Source of the DNA: Pseudomonadales bacterium
GTDB taxonomy: Bacteria; Pseudomonadota; Gammaproteobacteria; Pseudomonadales; IMCC2047
NCBI GenBank assembly: GCA_041395865.1
Contig: JAWKZQ010000015.1
Location: forward strand, 1,604-65,603
DNA length: 64,000 nucleotides
Reading direction: 5' to 3'
Shown here: one piece after another, positions 48,738-59,176 of the stretch
Numbering within the stretch: position 1 is the stretch's first letter
How the letters are laid out: every line of letters starts with the position of its first letter
Translations under genes and position numbers: made by a program
Notes under the pieces: model-generated
What the model was told of the DNA's origin: nothing
Databases searched by the model: none
The model's input: only the letters and a program-made list of their open reading frames with translations

Positions 48738-49865
48738 TTACCACTCCACGTTGCTTACGAGTTGAGTTGCCCTGATATCAGCAATGCTTGCACAACCCGC
48801 CATTGCCATACAAAGCGCCAGTTCCTCTCTGAGCAGCTTGATCATATGCGCAACACCCAGCGGGCCCGCCACGCTCAAGGCATATACCTGCAAGCGGCCG
48901 ATTAACACCGCGTTCGCCCCGAGAGCAATCGCTTTAAAAACATCATCGCCGGAGCGTATGCCACTATCGAGCAATAGCGGGTAATCATCACCCACTGCCT
49001 GGCGAATAGCAGGCAGCACGGAAAGACTTGCCGGCGCTCCATCCAGCGTCCTGCCGCCATGATTGGAGACAATTATGCCAGCCACGCCCAGGGCTTTTAA
49101 TTCGCGGGCGTCGTCAGCATGCAACACCCCTTTCACCAGCACCGGCACAGGACTCTCATCAACCAGCCGCTTCAGTTTTTCCCGGCTGGGCGCATTTTGC
49201 ATATAACTAAGAAAGATATGACGCTGATCGGCTGTTTCAATAACCGGAGGCGTCACCGGACGCTGATCAACCAGGTTAGCGGGCACAAGCTGCTCCGGAA
49301 ACTGAAATCCCGCCCGGATCGCCCGAATACTGGGTGCCTGCAACGCCGCATCGACGGTCACCACAAGGGCACGATAACCGGCACCCACAGCTCGTTCGAC
49401 AAGCGCTGAGGTATCTTCGTCCCGTGACTGGAAATAAAGCTGAAACCAGCGCTCATCTCCTGCGGCCGAGGCAACCGCTTCCAACGCCGTCGATGACAGG
49501 GTACTTGAAACCAGGCAGGTATCCGTTGCCGCGGCTGCGCAGGCGGTCGCCATCTCCCCGTTCTGGTGTACTAACGCCTGATACGCAACAGGCGCCAGCA
49601 ATATCGGATGTTTCAACGAGCACCCCAGGATCTTCACCTGGGTATGGGCGTTGCTGACATCCTTAAAAATTCGTGGCGTTATCGCCAGGTTCGCAAAGGC
49701 TTTTCGATTGTTTTGCAGCGTCACCTCATGACCGCTACCCCCTGAAAGATAGGCGAAACAATCAGGCGAAATAAAGGCTTCGGCCGTCCGCTCATAGTCT
49801 CTGGCACAAATTATTTCAGAGGGAATAGAGCTCAGCGGCGCTGCAACGATATTTGGAATGCTCAT
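48738..49865 (-). CDS. FMN-dependent alpha-hydroxy-acid dehydrogenase/oxidase family protein
   Basis: TIM-barrel family motifs: LLAPVAYQ, WFQLY, VVTVD, VKGV, SNHGGR, DSGIRSG. Confidence 0.85.
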   Translation of the reverse strand: MSIPNIVAAPLSSIPSEIICARDYERTAEAFISPDCFAYLSGGSGHEVTLQNNRKAFANLAITPRIFKDVSNAHTQVKILGCSLKHPILLAPVAYQALVHQNGEMATACAAAATDTCLVSSTLSSTALEAVASAAGDERWFQLYFQSRDEDTSALVERAVGAGYRALVVTVDAALQAPSIRAIRAGFQFPEQLVPANLVDQRPVTPPVIETADQRHIFLSYMQNAPSREKLKRLVDESPVPVLVKGVLHADDARELKALGVAGIIVSNHGGRTLDGAPASLSVLPAIRQAVGDDYPLLLDSGIRSGDDVFKAIALGANAVLIGRLQVYALSVAGPLGVAHMIKLLREELALCMAMAGCASIADIRATQLVSNVEW

Positions 49866-49897
49866 TCGACTGACACACCCATTACGGTTAAACGTGA

Positions 49898-49922
49898 GCG
49901 GGGCAGCAGTTCACTGCCCCGC
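49898..49922 (-). other. Intra-operon GC-rich stem-loop
   Basis: GCGGGGCAG-7 nt-CTGCCCCGC in the 67-bp gap after the receptor gene. No U-tract follows on the minus strand. Confidence 0.45.
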
Positions 49923-49932
49923 CGACAGAGGC

Positions 49933-52293
49933 TTAGAAGCTGTACTGGACCGTCAACTGCGTATTGCGTCGATCGCCAATATAAGCAAAGGAACCCGAAC
50001 GATACGCCGCAAGGTAATAATCTTCATCGAAGATGTTTCCAATATTCAGCCGTACCAGCATCTCTGGGCTGACCTGATAGGAGGCAAACGCATCGACAAC
50101 TGTATAGGAAGGAATTCCCAGATCCTCATTGGCTGCCGAGTCAGGCTGTCCGACGAAACGAGCACTCTCATAGGTTGCCGTACCACCAAAAGCAAACTTC
50201 TCGGTCGCCTGATAACGCAAATGCAAAGAGGCAGACTTGTCGGCAAAGTTTGCCAGCGTTTTCCCTTCATTATCCTCGTTGATGGATTTCAGCACTTTCG
50301 CATTCATGAGCGTCAGTCCCGCCTGAAGGCTCAGCTTATCCGTCAAGTTGCCCACAAGCCCCAGCTCAACCCCTTCAACTTCGTTTTTACCCGTATTAAG
50401 GCTGCCCAGCGTGCTGTATGAATTACCTGTCGGCTGCTCCATGACATCATTTTTCGTAATACGGAACAGCGCTGCCGTTGCCAGCAATTTATCGCCATTC
50501 AGCTGCCACTTGGTGCCAAGCTCCCAGCTTTCGGTTTTTTCAGGCCCGCCCAGGTTTGGATCACTGCCGTCTACACAAATACCGCCATAACCACAGCTGG
50601 TGCCAACATCGGATTCACCACCGTTCAGGTTGGTTGCAGTCGAATAGCTCACATAGATGTTTGCACGCGGGGTAATTTTGAAGCTTGTCCCAACATGCCC
50701 ATTCCAGAAACCGTCTTTATCCTTAAAGTCGGTCAGCACTCGAGGCAGCGGTCCGCTCCGTCCATCGGCATCAAAATAGGCCGTTGTATCGTAGTCGTAA
50801 TAATCGTAACGAAGCCCGCCGAATACCGTCCACTTGTCATCCAGGTCAACCGTATCCATAAGATAGACCGAGGTGGTTTTAATACTCCAATCGGAGTCCC
50901 AGTCGCCTTTAGTCACGTTCCGTTGCAACAGGTCATTAATACCTGCAACTGCATTGCCGTTGGCATCAATAATACAGTAACTCGCGTTAGGACCTCCTCC
51001 CCCGGCTGCAAAACAGTTTGTCGCACCGGTGGCAGTATAGTCATAGACGCCGTTCAGGACGCTATGGTCACTGTACTCCAGCCCCATCACCAGCTCATGA
51101 TTCAGCCCGCCGATTTCCTGGTTAGTCAGCAGGTTAAGCTGGTTAGCGAAGTACTCCACCTCCTGCCAGCCCTGGTGAGTACTGAGTCCTGCCGAAGCAT
51201 AGCCATTGGTATCCGCACCTGCATCAGCCAGCGTCGGGTAAGCTGTACTACCGCGGGTGCCTGTCGCCAGATAGCCGTTATCGGTCGTTCCGTAACGGGT
51301 TAAATTCACAATACGGGACTGGGGGTTGAGTTCATATCCGATTCGCAAGGTGGCCGTATCAACCTGAGACTCCAGGAAGTCTTCATCCTGCACATAAACA
51401 GGAATATCTTTCACCGGTTTACCGCTTACCCTGTCGATATAGGTTCCCAGATCCGGTTTGTCCTCACCATCAAAGTGGTAATAATCGGCGGTTATTTCCA
51501 GCTTATCGCTCGCCCTGTGGGAGATAGAGAAAGCGGCACCCTTTCGGTCGCGCTCTGCGGGATCCCGATCAGGCACATCTTCCTGCGCATGCAACAAATT
51601 AACCCGCACGGCTGTGTCATAGTTGATCACCTGGTTCGTATCGAGTGTCAGCCGGTGATGATTATCGGTGCCAATACCGACGGACACTTTACTGAAATCG
51701 TATTCGGTGCTGGCCCGTTTGGTCGCCGCATTTACTGCACCACCCGTGGTTCCTCGGCCGGCGAAGCTCGAACTGGGTCCTTTGCTGATCTCAACCTGCT
51801 CAACGGCAAAGCTTTCCCGAATGGTCATACCCGGGTCCCTTAAGCCATCAACAAACATATCGCTGCGAGCTTCATGACCACGGATGATATAACGGTCCCC
51901 GAAAGCATTACCGTTCTCCCCCGTTCCCAGCGTAATGCCCGGCTGCCCATCCAGAATTTCACGCAAATCGCTGCGCCCGGTATCGGCAATTTCCGCCGCC
52001 GTCAGTACCGTGATGGTCTGCGGCGTCTCGGCCACCGAACGGGTACGGCGCGGATCCGACACCCGATCAGACAGGTAAGGCGCGCCCGGAACAGCATAGG
52101 GGTTGGTATCCGGGGTAACGGTTTCTTCGATCGTCAGTTTATCCAGAGACACACTGCTTTTCTCTTCGGCATTTGCCACACCGGCCACCAACGCACCAGA
52201 AATAGCCAACGCTAAGGTACTGGAACCAAAACCAACGGCCTTGTTTATTTGCTGAGGTCTAACCAGCGGATGTTTAAGTTGTTTCTTGGACAT
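49933..52293 (-). CDS. TonB-dependent outer-membrane receptor, Fiu/PiuA-like (catecholate-siderophore type)
   Basis: Signal peptide. The plug region LSDRVSDPRRTRSVAETPQTITVL resembles the remembered Fiu sequence ADR.S.PKFT..L.DTPQTITV. 786 aa, C-terminal ...LTVQYSF. Confidence 0.85.
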   Translation of the reverse strand: MSKKQLKHPLVRPQQINKAVGFGSSTLALAISGALVAGVANAEEKSSVSLDKLTIEETVTPDTNPYAVPGAPYLSDRVSDPRRTRSVAETPQTITVLTAAEIADTGRSDLREILDGQPGITLGTGENGNAFGDRYIIRGHEARSDMFVDGLRDPGMTIRESFAVEQVEISKGPSSSFAGRGTTGGAVNAATKRASTEYDFSKVSVGIGTDNHHRLTLDTNQVINYDTAVRVNLLHAQEDVPDRDPAERDRKGAAFSISHRASDKLEITADYYHFDGEDKPDLGTYIDRVSGKPVKDIPVYVQDEDFLESQVDTATLRIGYELNPQSRIVNLTRYGTTDNGYLATGTRGSTAYPTLADAGADTNGYASAGLSTHQGWQEVEYFANQLNLLTNQEIGGLNHELVMGLEYSDHSVLNGVYDYTATGATNCFAAGGGGPNASYCIIDANGNAVAGINDLLQRNVTKGDWDSDWSIKTTSVYLMDTVDLDDKWTVFGGLRYDYYDYDTTAYFDADGRSGPLPRVLTDFKDKDGFWNGHVGTSFKITPRANIYVSYSTATNLNGGESDVGTSCGYGGICVDGSDPNLGGPEKTESWELGTKWQLNGDKLLATAALFRITKNDVMEQPTGNSYSTLGSLNTGKNEVEGVELGLVGNLTDKLSLQAGLTLMNAKVLKSINEDNEGKTLANFADKSASLHLRYQATEKFAFGGTATYESARFVGQPDSAANEDLGIPSYTVVDAFASYQVSPEMLVRLNIGNIFDEDYYLAAYRSGSFAYIGDRRNTQLTVQYSF

Positions 52294-52301
52294 ACTGTCT
52301 C

Positions 52302-53074
<773 letters not shown>

Positions 53075-53078
<4 letters not shown>

Positions 53079-53485
53079 TGCTGACTCACGGTTGCGATGC
53101 TTAGCTGGCGAATACCCAACTCTCGCACCGCAATCAACACCGGATCCAGGGCCGTTGCCGGCAGGTCGCGGTGAACATGGCAAACTACAGCAATATCCGC
53201 CGAGAGCGGCACCATGCCCTTAAGTTGCTCAGACAAATTGGTATCAACGGCCTTACCATTGATGTAATAGACTCGATTGGCATCGATTTTTATTTCAAAC
53301 TGTCCGGCTTCCAGCTGGGTTTCACTGTAGGAAGCGGGCACCTGAAGGTGCTCATTTCTCGCCTCGATATGCCCGGCAATCATGAAAAATATCAACAGCA
53401 GGAAAACGATATTTATTGCCGGAATCATGCTGTCATCCAGCTTATTCTGCGATGCGGTGCGTAACTCGGTGTTCACGATTTTCAT
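53075..53485 (-). CDS. exbD: ExbD/TolR-family biopolymer transport protein
   Basis: 136 aa, N-terminal PAINIVFLLLIFFMI transmembrane helix, ExbD periplasmic domain. ATGA overlaps at both ends. Confidence 0.85.
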
Positions 53486-53880
53486 GGCGTCACCGATTGG
53501 CCGAGCTTCAGGTTCGCAACGCCAGCCTGATGCATCCGGTCGACAAGCTGAACCAGCGCCTGAATGCGAACATCCGCACCCGAGACCAGGATCACAGGCC
53601 CACCCTCTTTGGCAAGCTTGTCCAGCAACGCCGTAAAACGCGGCCCCTGTAGCGGATAAACCTCATGATTCACAACCGCCGTTTCGGCAGCGCTCAGGAC
53701 TATCCGTGTCGCCTCACCGTGCTGTTGCTGCTGACCGGGCGATGCAGCAGTAACTTCCATCTGCCTGGCTTTGTTGAACGTCGACGACAACATGAAGAAC
53801 AGCAGCAGAATAAACACCACGTCAATCAGCGGTGTAATACTGATCAGTCGCCGGCGCGGCCTGGCAAGCTCAAGCAGCAT
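53482..53880 (-). CDS. exbD: ExbD/TolR-family biopolymer transport protein (second copy)
   Basis: MLLELARPRRRLISITPLIDVVFILLLFFML. The ATG at 53880 overlaps the exbB stop within ATGCTGCTTGA. The 53973 start in the track is an extension. Confidence 0.8.
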   Translation of the reverse strand: MLLELARPRRRLISITPLIDVVFILLLFFMLSSTFNKARQMEVTAASPGQQQQHGEATRIVLSAAETAVVNHEVYPLQGPRFTALLDKLAKEGGPVILVSGADVRIQALVQLVDRMHQAGVANLKLGQSVTP

Positions 53881-54736
53881 GTTGCGCCACTCCGCGCACC
53901 TCAGGAACGGCCGTAATGAAAGCCTCCTGACTGGTAAAAACCTGAGTAATCGCATCATTAATGGCGCTCGCAACCCTTTCGGCTTTCCGATCCAGCCAGC
54001 TATGCACCGCAGAAACAGGAATCGCTACAGCCAGCCCTGCCGCAGTCGTCAATAACGCCTGCCAGATGCCGCCGGATAAAGTGGATGGATCCACCTGTGC
54101 ACCTGCCGCTTCCATCTGCTGAAAGGCAACGATCATGCCCAGCACCGTCCCCATTAAGCCTAACAAGGGACTTAAATTCGCAATCACCTCGAGTGGGCGC
54201 AGCAGGGAACGCTGCTGCCCAATAAACACATCAGCCTGACGCCTCAATTCTTCCAGCAACAACCCGTAGTCTTGTTTCTGCAGGACACCCTGCATCGCAT
54301 ACAGCACGATTTTGCCAACCGGGTGCCTGTGATCAACGGCCTGAACCGCCGCCTCCGTATTCCGGTTACGCCAATGCGCCAAACCTCCTTTCACGGCATC
54401 AAGCTTTTCCGGGCGCTGTACGGCAATCTGCCAAAGCTTCAACAGAACGATGGTCAAGGCAAAAATGGAGAGGAAGATCAGAATCCAAACAACGGGGCCA
54501 CCAACACCCGCCAGGTCTATAAACTGGTTCAAGGTTCCTTCCACCTGCCCGGCACCTGATCCGTCAAACGCCGTCGTCAAGCTGTCCGGCGCAGCCACGG
54601 GGGTTTGTGCCGGATCAACGAGCTCTGGAGCCGCAGAGAGATCGCCGCCTAAATCTCCACCTGTTATTTCAGCTTTATTGGCGGCGCTATCGAGCATCTC
54701 GCCGCTCGCCGCTTCCACTTGATGACTACCGTTCAT
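53870..54736 (-). CDS. exbB: MotA/TolQ/ExbB proton-channel protein with long N-terminal extension
   Basis: Three transmembrane helices and the ...LGLMGTVLGMI... motif. About 90 aa of acidic, low-complexity N-terminus. Confidence 0.85.
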   Translation of the reverse strand: MNGSHQVEAASGEMLDSAANKAEITGGDLGGDLSAAPELVDPAQTPVAAPDSLTTAFDGSGAGQVEGTLNQFIDLAGVGGPVVWILIFLSIFALTIVLLKLWQIAVQRPEKLDAVKGGLAHWRNRNTEAAVQAVDHRHPVGKIVLYAMQGVLQKQDYGLLLEELRRQADVFIGQQRSLLRPLEVIANLSPLLGLMGTVLGMIVAFQQMEAAGAQVDPSTLSGGIWQALLTTAAGLAVAIPVSAVHSWLDRKAERVASAINDAITQVFTSQEAFITAVPEVRGVAQHAA

Positions 54737-54767
54737 ATTCAGTACCGGGTATATTGCAAAACTAAAA

Positions 54768-54786
54768 GATAATGATTATCGTTAGC
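54768..54786. promoter_or_regulatory. Fur box
   Basis: GATAATGATTATCGTTAGC matches GATAATGATAATCATTATC at 16 of 19 positions. It lies 32 bp upstream of the exbB ATG. Confidence 0.75.
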
Positions 54787-55082
54787 TTTATTGTTTAAAG
54801 CTTTGCACACTTTAACGTCGGTACTGTTAAGAAAGCGTTAACACAAACGCCGGTTGTCGTATTTAGCGCCTAAAAAAAAGCTAACCCATAGATTTGCCTC
54901 AGCTTTTGCAAAGCTGCTGGCAGGTTCGGAGTTAAAAACTGTCGGCGATACGAGAAAACCGGGAAAACCTGTGCCTGTGCGTTCACCGCCCGGGCAGCAG
55001 GAAAAACGGGCGGATTAGCGCACTGCAAACAAAGAAAATGCTCCTTAAAAACTACAGCCCTGCAGTGGGAAGAGGTTCTCGC

Positions 55083-55748
55083 ATGTTGAACATACTGTTG
55101 GTAGAGGATGATCGCGATCTTGCCTCGTCAATCATCGACCATTTGGAACTCGAGCAGATCATCTGCGATTACGCGACAAACGGCCTGGAAGCTGCCGTTT
55201 TAGTTAAGAAAAACAGTTACCACGCGATCATCCTGGATATCAATATGCAGGAAATGGATGGATTAACGCTGTGCAAAAGAATCCGGGATCTGGGAAACGA
55301 TACGCCGATACTGATGCTGACGGCCAGAGATACGCTGGCTAACAAGCTTGAAGGGTTTAGCGCAGGCTCGGATGATTACATGGTCAAGCCATTTGATATC
55401 GAGGAATTGCTTGCCAGGTTATATGTGCTCTCCAAACGCCGCAGCGGCCAGGTTTCTGTATTAGAAAGCGGCCCACTGAGCCTCAACCTCAGCAACCTCT
55501 CCGGCAAGCTCAATGATGAGCCCATCAAACTGACGCCCACCACCTTCAAGCTGTTGGAAACCCTGATGAGGGCCAGCCCCAATCCGGTTTCTCAAAGCGA
55601 CCTAATCCAAAGCGTCTGGGGGGACGAAATACCGGACAGCAATAAACTCCGCGTCCATATTTATAACCTTCGAAAGGTGCTCAGTGCAGGCAATGCCGAG
55701 CACCTGCTGAAAACCGTCCCTGGTTATGGTTTCTGCATAACCGGTTAA
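55083..55748 (+). CDS. OmpR/PhoB-family response regulator
   Basis: MLNILLVEDDRDL receiver domain plus a winged-helix C-terminus (LTPTTFKLLETLM...TVPGYGF). The ATG at 55083 has an AGAGG SD. Confidence 0.88.
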   Translation: MLNILLVEDDRDLASSIIDHLELEQIICDYATNGLEAAVLVKKNSYHAIILDINMQEMDGLTLCKRIRDLGNDTPILMLTARDTLANKLEGFSAGSDDYMVKPFDIEELLARLYVLSKRRSGQVSVLESGPLSLNLSNLSGKLNDEPIKLTPTTFKLLETLMRASPNPVSQSDLIQSVWGDEIPDSNKLRVHIYNLRKVLSAGNAEHLLKTVPGYGFCITG

Positions 55749-55767
55749 CCCGCTAAGCCCCCGAAAC

Positions 55768-57015
55768 ATGACAAAAAAAAGCAGCCTGAAAAAGCACATT
55801 ACGCTACGGATAATCTTCCTGGGTTTATGCATGTCATTTCTGCTTTCCTACCAAAGCGGACAATTTTTCCTCAAGGGCTTCGACCTGATGAGAAAAGAGC
55901 AAATGATCCTGGCCGCCAGCTATCCGCTTGCAGGTAAAAAAACAACGCAGGTACTTGGGTATCATGTAGCGGCCGACTGGGACCATGTACCGAAAAAGAT
56001 AAAGCAGGTGTTTCCCGCCCCGCCGCAAAAGCCCGGACAATACTTTAAGCATTTTCAGAACTGGTGGTATTTCGCTCCTCCGGAAACGGGCTACTTCCTG
56101 ATGCTGGTGCCTACGGAATCTGGCGCATCCCGATATGTCTCACTGGTGCGTGAGAATATCGGGAAATCAATACGCCCCGCTAAAGGATTTTATGTCGACC
56201 CGATGGTACAGATCGCACTCTGGGGGCTAGGCGCCCTCTTGAGTTTTATACTGCTGATTTCCTGGTCGTTCAGGGGCCTGAGCCAACCCGCTCAGGCGCT
56301 TTACAACTGGGCCAGCCAGCTCAGGTTGGAATCTATTGATAAAAAAGCCCCGGACTTCCAATACCGCGAGCTTAATGAGCTCTCAGCCATTATTCACAAC
56401 AGTCTGGAGAGCATGGGGGAAGCGATGAAAAGGGAAAATGAATTCCTTGGGTATGCCAGTCACGAACTGCGAACCCCCATAGCTACCCTGAGAAGCGATG
56501 CGGCCCTGCTGGATAAAATCAGCCCGGTCCCGTCACCCAAGGAACGCGAAGTAAGGGACCGCATGATCAGGTCCAGCCTATCAATGAAAGGCATTACAGA
56601 AACCCTTCTCTGGCTAAACCGTAACGACCAGGAACCCTTGCAATACAGCAAAGTGAATCTTGAACAACTTTTGAAACAGGAAATACAAACACTGAGATAC
56701 CTGCTTGCAGGCAAGGACGTCGCCCTGCAGCTGGAGACAACGCCCTGTACAAGAAACCTGCCTCAAGCCGCCTATCAAATGCTCGTGAGCAACCTAATCA
56801 GAAACGCTTTCCAGCACACTCAACGGGGGACTATCCATATCCGCCAAAGGGGTTCAGAGTTACAGATCGTTAACCGTCTTCCAGCAGGAAAAAGCCGTGC
56901 CAGCACGGGCTTTGGGTTGGGCTTAAAGCTGATCCGCAAAATTGCCGAGCGCTTTCAGTGGGCGCTGACCGAAGAGAAGTCTGACACACACAATAGCGTC
57001 ATCATTAAAGTCTGA
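55768..57015 (+). CDS. Sensor histidine kinase (partner of the OmpR-type regulator)
   Basis: Two transmembrane helices flank a periplasmic domain of about 130 aa. H-box ASHELRTPI, then a HATPase domain. Confidence 0.85.
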   Translation: MTKKSSLKKHITLRIIFLGLCMSFLLSYQSGQFFLKGFDLMRKEQMILAASYPLAGKKTTQVLGYHVAADWDHVPKKIKQVFPAPPQKPGQYFKHFQNWWYFAPPETGYFLMLVPTESGASRYVSLVRENIGKSIRPAKGFYVDPMVQIALWGLGALLSFILLISWSFRGLSQPAQALYNWASQLRLESIDKKAPDFQYRELNELSAIIHNSLESMGEAMKRENEFLGYASHELRTPIATLRSDAALLDKISPVPSPKEREVRDRMIRSSLSMKGITETLLWLNRNDQEPLQYSKVNLEQLLKQEIQTLRYLLAGKDVALQLETTPCTRNLPQAAYQMLVSNLIRNAFQHTQRGTIHIRQRGSELQIVNRLPAGKSRASTGFGLGLKLIRKIAERFQWALTEEKSDTHNSVIIKV

Positions 57016-57144
57016 ATGAAGCGCTTTAGGTCGTACAGATTCGCCTGAGCATTCAGTTTGGTTACTTCACGCCAACCCTTTCAATAAATTGACTGCGTAG
57101 AAGAAACAAGCGTAGCCGACCCGCAAAGAGTCGACGGCCGGGCG

Positions 57145-57930
57145 CTAGCCTGGCTTTTGCTCACTCTCGTCATCCAAACCTTCGCACTTAAGCTCAGGCA
57201 AGTCCGTCGCCTTAAAGTTTGCATCCATCGCTTTCAGGGCTTTGCACATGCTTTCCAGGCGTTCGTCAACGGCATGCATATGGTCGAGAATGCCGTGTAT
57301 CGACTTGGCAACCGGGTCCGGCGAATCCTGAGTCACGCCATAGGCATCGAAGCCCATGCGATCGGCCATCGCCTGCCGCCGCTGCCTGAGCGCTTCGTCA
57401 GTTTTCTCTTCTTTCTGTTGCTTGGTAATAATCCGACCGGGAATGCCCACCACGGTAGCACCCTCCGGAACCGCCTTGGTCACCACGGCGTTAGAACCAA
57501 CCCGGGCGTTTCGCCCCACCAGAATCGGCCCGAGCACCTTGGCTCCCGCTCCGACAACCACGCCGTCCTCAAGCGTAGGGTGGCGCTTGCCTTTGTTCCA
57601 GGTGGTGCCGCCAAGCGTCACCCCGTGATACAGGGTCACATCGTCGCCAACTTCGGCCGTTTCGCCAATCACCACGCCCATGCCGTGATCGATAAAGAAT
57701 CGGCGGCCGATTTTGGCGCCCGGATGAATCTCAATGCCGGTCACCCACCGGGAAAACGTCGATAAGGCGCGCGCCAGCCATTTCCAGTTATTACGCCATA
57801 ACCAATGACTGGTACGATGGAACTGAATGGCATAAAACCCTGGGTAAGTGGTACAAACTTCAAACACATTGCGTGCGGCAGGGTCACGGTCAAAAACGCA
57901 GTTAATATCTTCTTTTATTCTTTCAAACAT
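57145..57930 (-). CDS. cysE: Serine O-acetyltransferase
   Basis: N-terminal SATase helix domain ([30 protein letters not shown]) plus hexapeptide repeats. Confidence 0.92.
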   Translation of the reverse strand: MFERIKEDINCVFDRDPAARNVFEVCTTYPGFYAIQFHRTSHWLWRNNWKWLARALSTFSRWVTGIEIHPGAKIGRRFFIDHGMGVVIGETAEVGDDVTLYHGVTLGGTTWNKGKRHPTLEDGVVVGAGAKVLGPILVGRNARVGSNAVVTKAVPEGATVVGIPGRIITKQQKEEKTDEALRQRRQAMADRMGFDAYGVTQDSPDPVAKSIHGILDHMHAVDERLESMCKALKAMDANFKATDLPELKCEGLDDESEQKPG

Positions 57931-58067
57931 TCGAGTTACACTTTTTTTTGTAATTTCACCTTTTGGTAAAATTAGCTAGACTTGCATTATAAACCCAGCG
58001 GGCACATTTGGACGTTCCCCGTCCACCTCAAGGAACCAATGACTGTTTAGCAGGCTGGTAGCTTCCC

Positions 58068-58304
58068 ATGTCACAAATCGCACAACATCGTGCCGGAGAA
58101 ACCGGCCACTATCCATTCCGCAGCGAACGTCTTTATTTTTCCGGTGATGCCTGGTATTTCCTGATCCGCGGCGGCGGCTCCAAAGGCCCCTACTCAACCG
58201 CCCAGGACGCAAAAGACGCCCTTAACGGCTATGTCGAGACCCTAAAACAACTGCATGAAGTCTTCCACAGACCCACTGAAGACGACCATCATCATCACTC
58301 ATAA
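58068..58304 (+). CDS. Small conserved hypothetical protein (DUF6316-like) with His-rich tail
   Basis: FRSERLYFSGDAWYFLIRGG.SKGPYSTAQDAKDAL resembles a small family remembered as DUF6316. It ends in DDHHHHS. Confidence 0.5.
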   Translation: MSQIAQHRAGETGHYPFRSERLYFSGDAWYFLIRGGGSKGPYSTAQDAKDALNGYVETLKQLHEVFHRPTEDDHHHHS

Positions 58305-58327
58305 ACCGAACCAGGATTAATCTCTGG

Positions 58328-59071
58328 CTATTTCTTGAGCAGTTTCTGGGTTGCCGAGAGCACGCCACGCAATATACTCACTTCCAGCTTATCCATACGT
58401 GCCCGCATAAATAAACGCTTCAGCCTTGGCATCAACTGCCTCGGACGCGTTGGGTTCAGCACATCCAAGCCAATCAGGGTTTCCTCCAGGTGCTCCAGGA
58501 AGTATCGCAGTTCATCCGCGGAAGCCGCTTCTTCATCCCAGTCCTGTTCCCAATCCCAGGCTTCCTTGAGCCCGGATTTATTCAACATCGCCATCCGCAA
58601 TTCATAGCAGACTACCTGCACGGCGGTTCCCAGGTTCATCACTGGATATTCCGGGTTCGCCGGAATCTGCAAATGAAACTGGCAGCGTTGCAACTCTTCG
58701 TTGGTCATACCGCGGTCTTCACGCCCGAACAGAATAGCCACCTGATGGTGCGCCGGCTCGCTCATTACAGTTTCCGCGCTCTGGCGCGCATCCATCATTG
58801 GCCAGGGCATGCTGCGATCCCGGGCGCTGGTACCCAACACCAGCTGACACCCGTCAATCGCCTCATCCAGGGAAGCACATACCACGGCCTTATCCAGCAG
58901 GTCCAAGGCATTGGCGGCACGCCAAACGGCCTTTTCATGCGGGTACTTCTGCGGGGACACCAGGTACAGCTTGTCCAGCCCCATGTTTTTCATAGCCCGG
59001 GCTGCTGCACCGATATTACCGGGATGTGTCGTATCAATAAGAACGATTCTGATATTTTTCAAGTCCAGCAT
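58328..59071 (-). CDS. trmJ: tRNA (cytidine/uridine-2'-O)-methyltransferase TrmJ
   Basis: SpoU/TrmH fold: IRIVLIDTTHPGNIGAAARAMKNMG, ILFGREDRGMTNEEL. ATG at 59071. Confidence 0.9.
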   Translation of the reverse strand: MLDLKNIRIVLIDTTHPGNIGAAARAMKNMGLDKLYLVSPQKYPHEKAVWRAANALDLLDKAVVCASLDEAIDGCQLVLGTSARDRSMPWPMMDARQSAETVMSEPAHHQVAILFGREDRGMTNEELQRCQFHLQIPANPEYPVMNLGTAVQVVCYELRMAMLNKSGLKEAWDWEQDWDEEAASADELRYFLEHLEETLIGLDVLNPTRPRQLMPRLKRLFMRARMDKLEVSILRGVLSATQKLLKK

Positions 59072-59111
59072 GGCCAACCACTTGCAAGATAATGTAAGCA
59101 AACATTTCAAA

Positions 59112-59148
59112 CAAAAAAGCCCACGAGCAGGTTTCGCGGGCCTTTTTG
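59112..59148 (-). terminator. Terminator after secF
   Basis: GCCCGCGA-7 nt-TCGTGGGC stem (minus-strand reading, one mismatch), followed by T6. Confidence 0.6.
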
Positions 59149-59176
59149 TCACATTAAAAGGTATTTATAGCTAAAT

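Noticed and set aside
53870-53973. The 104-bp overlap between the exbB and second exbD track ORFs as evidence of another frameshift.
   Set aside because: An internal ATG at 53880 gives a normal 132-aa ExbD (MLLELARPRRRLISITPLIDVVF...). It also gives a typical 11-nt translational-coupling overlap. The longer start is just an upstream extension. The same reasoning applies to tonB (start 53078, not 53183).
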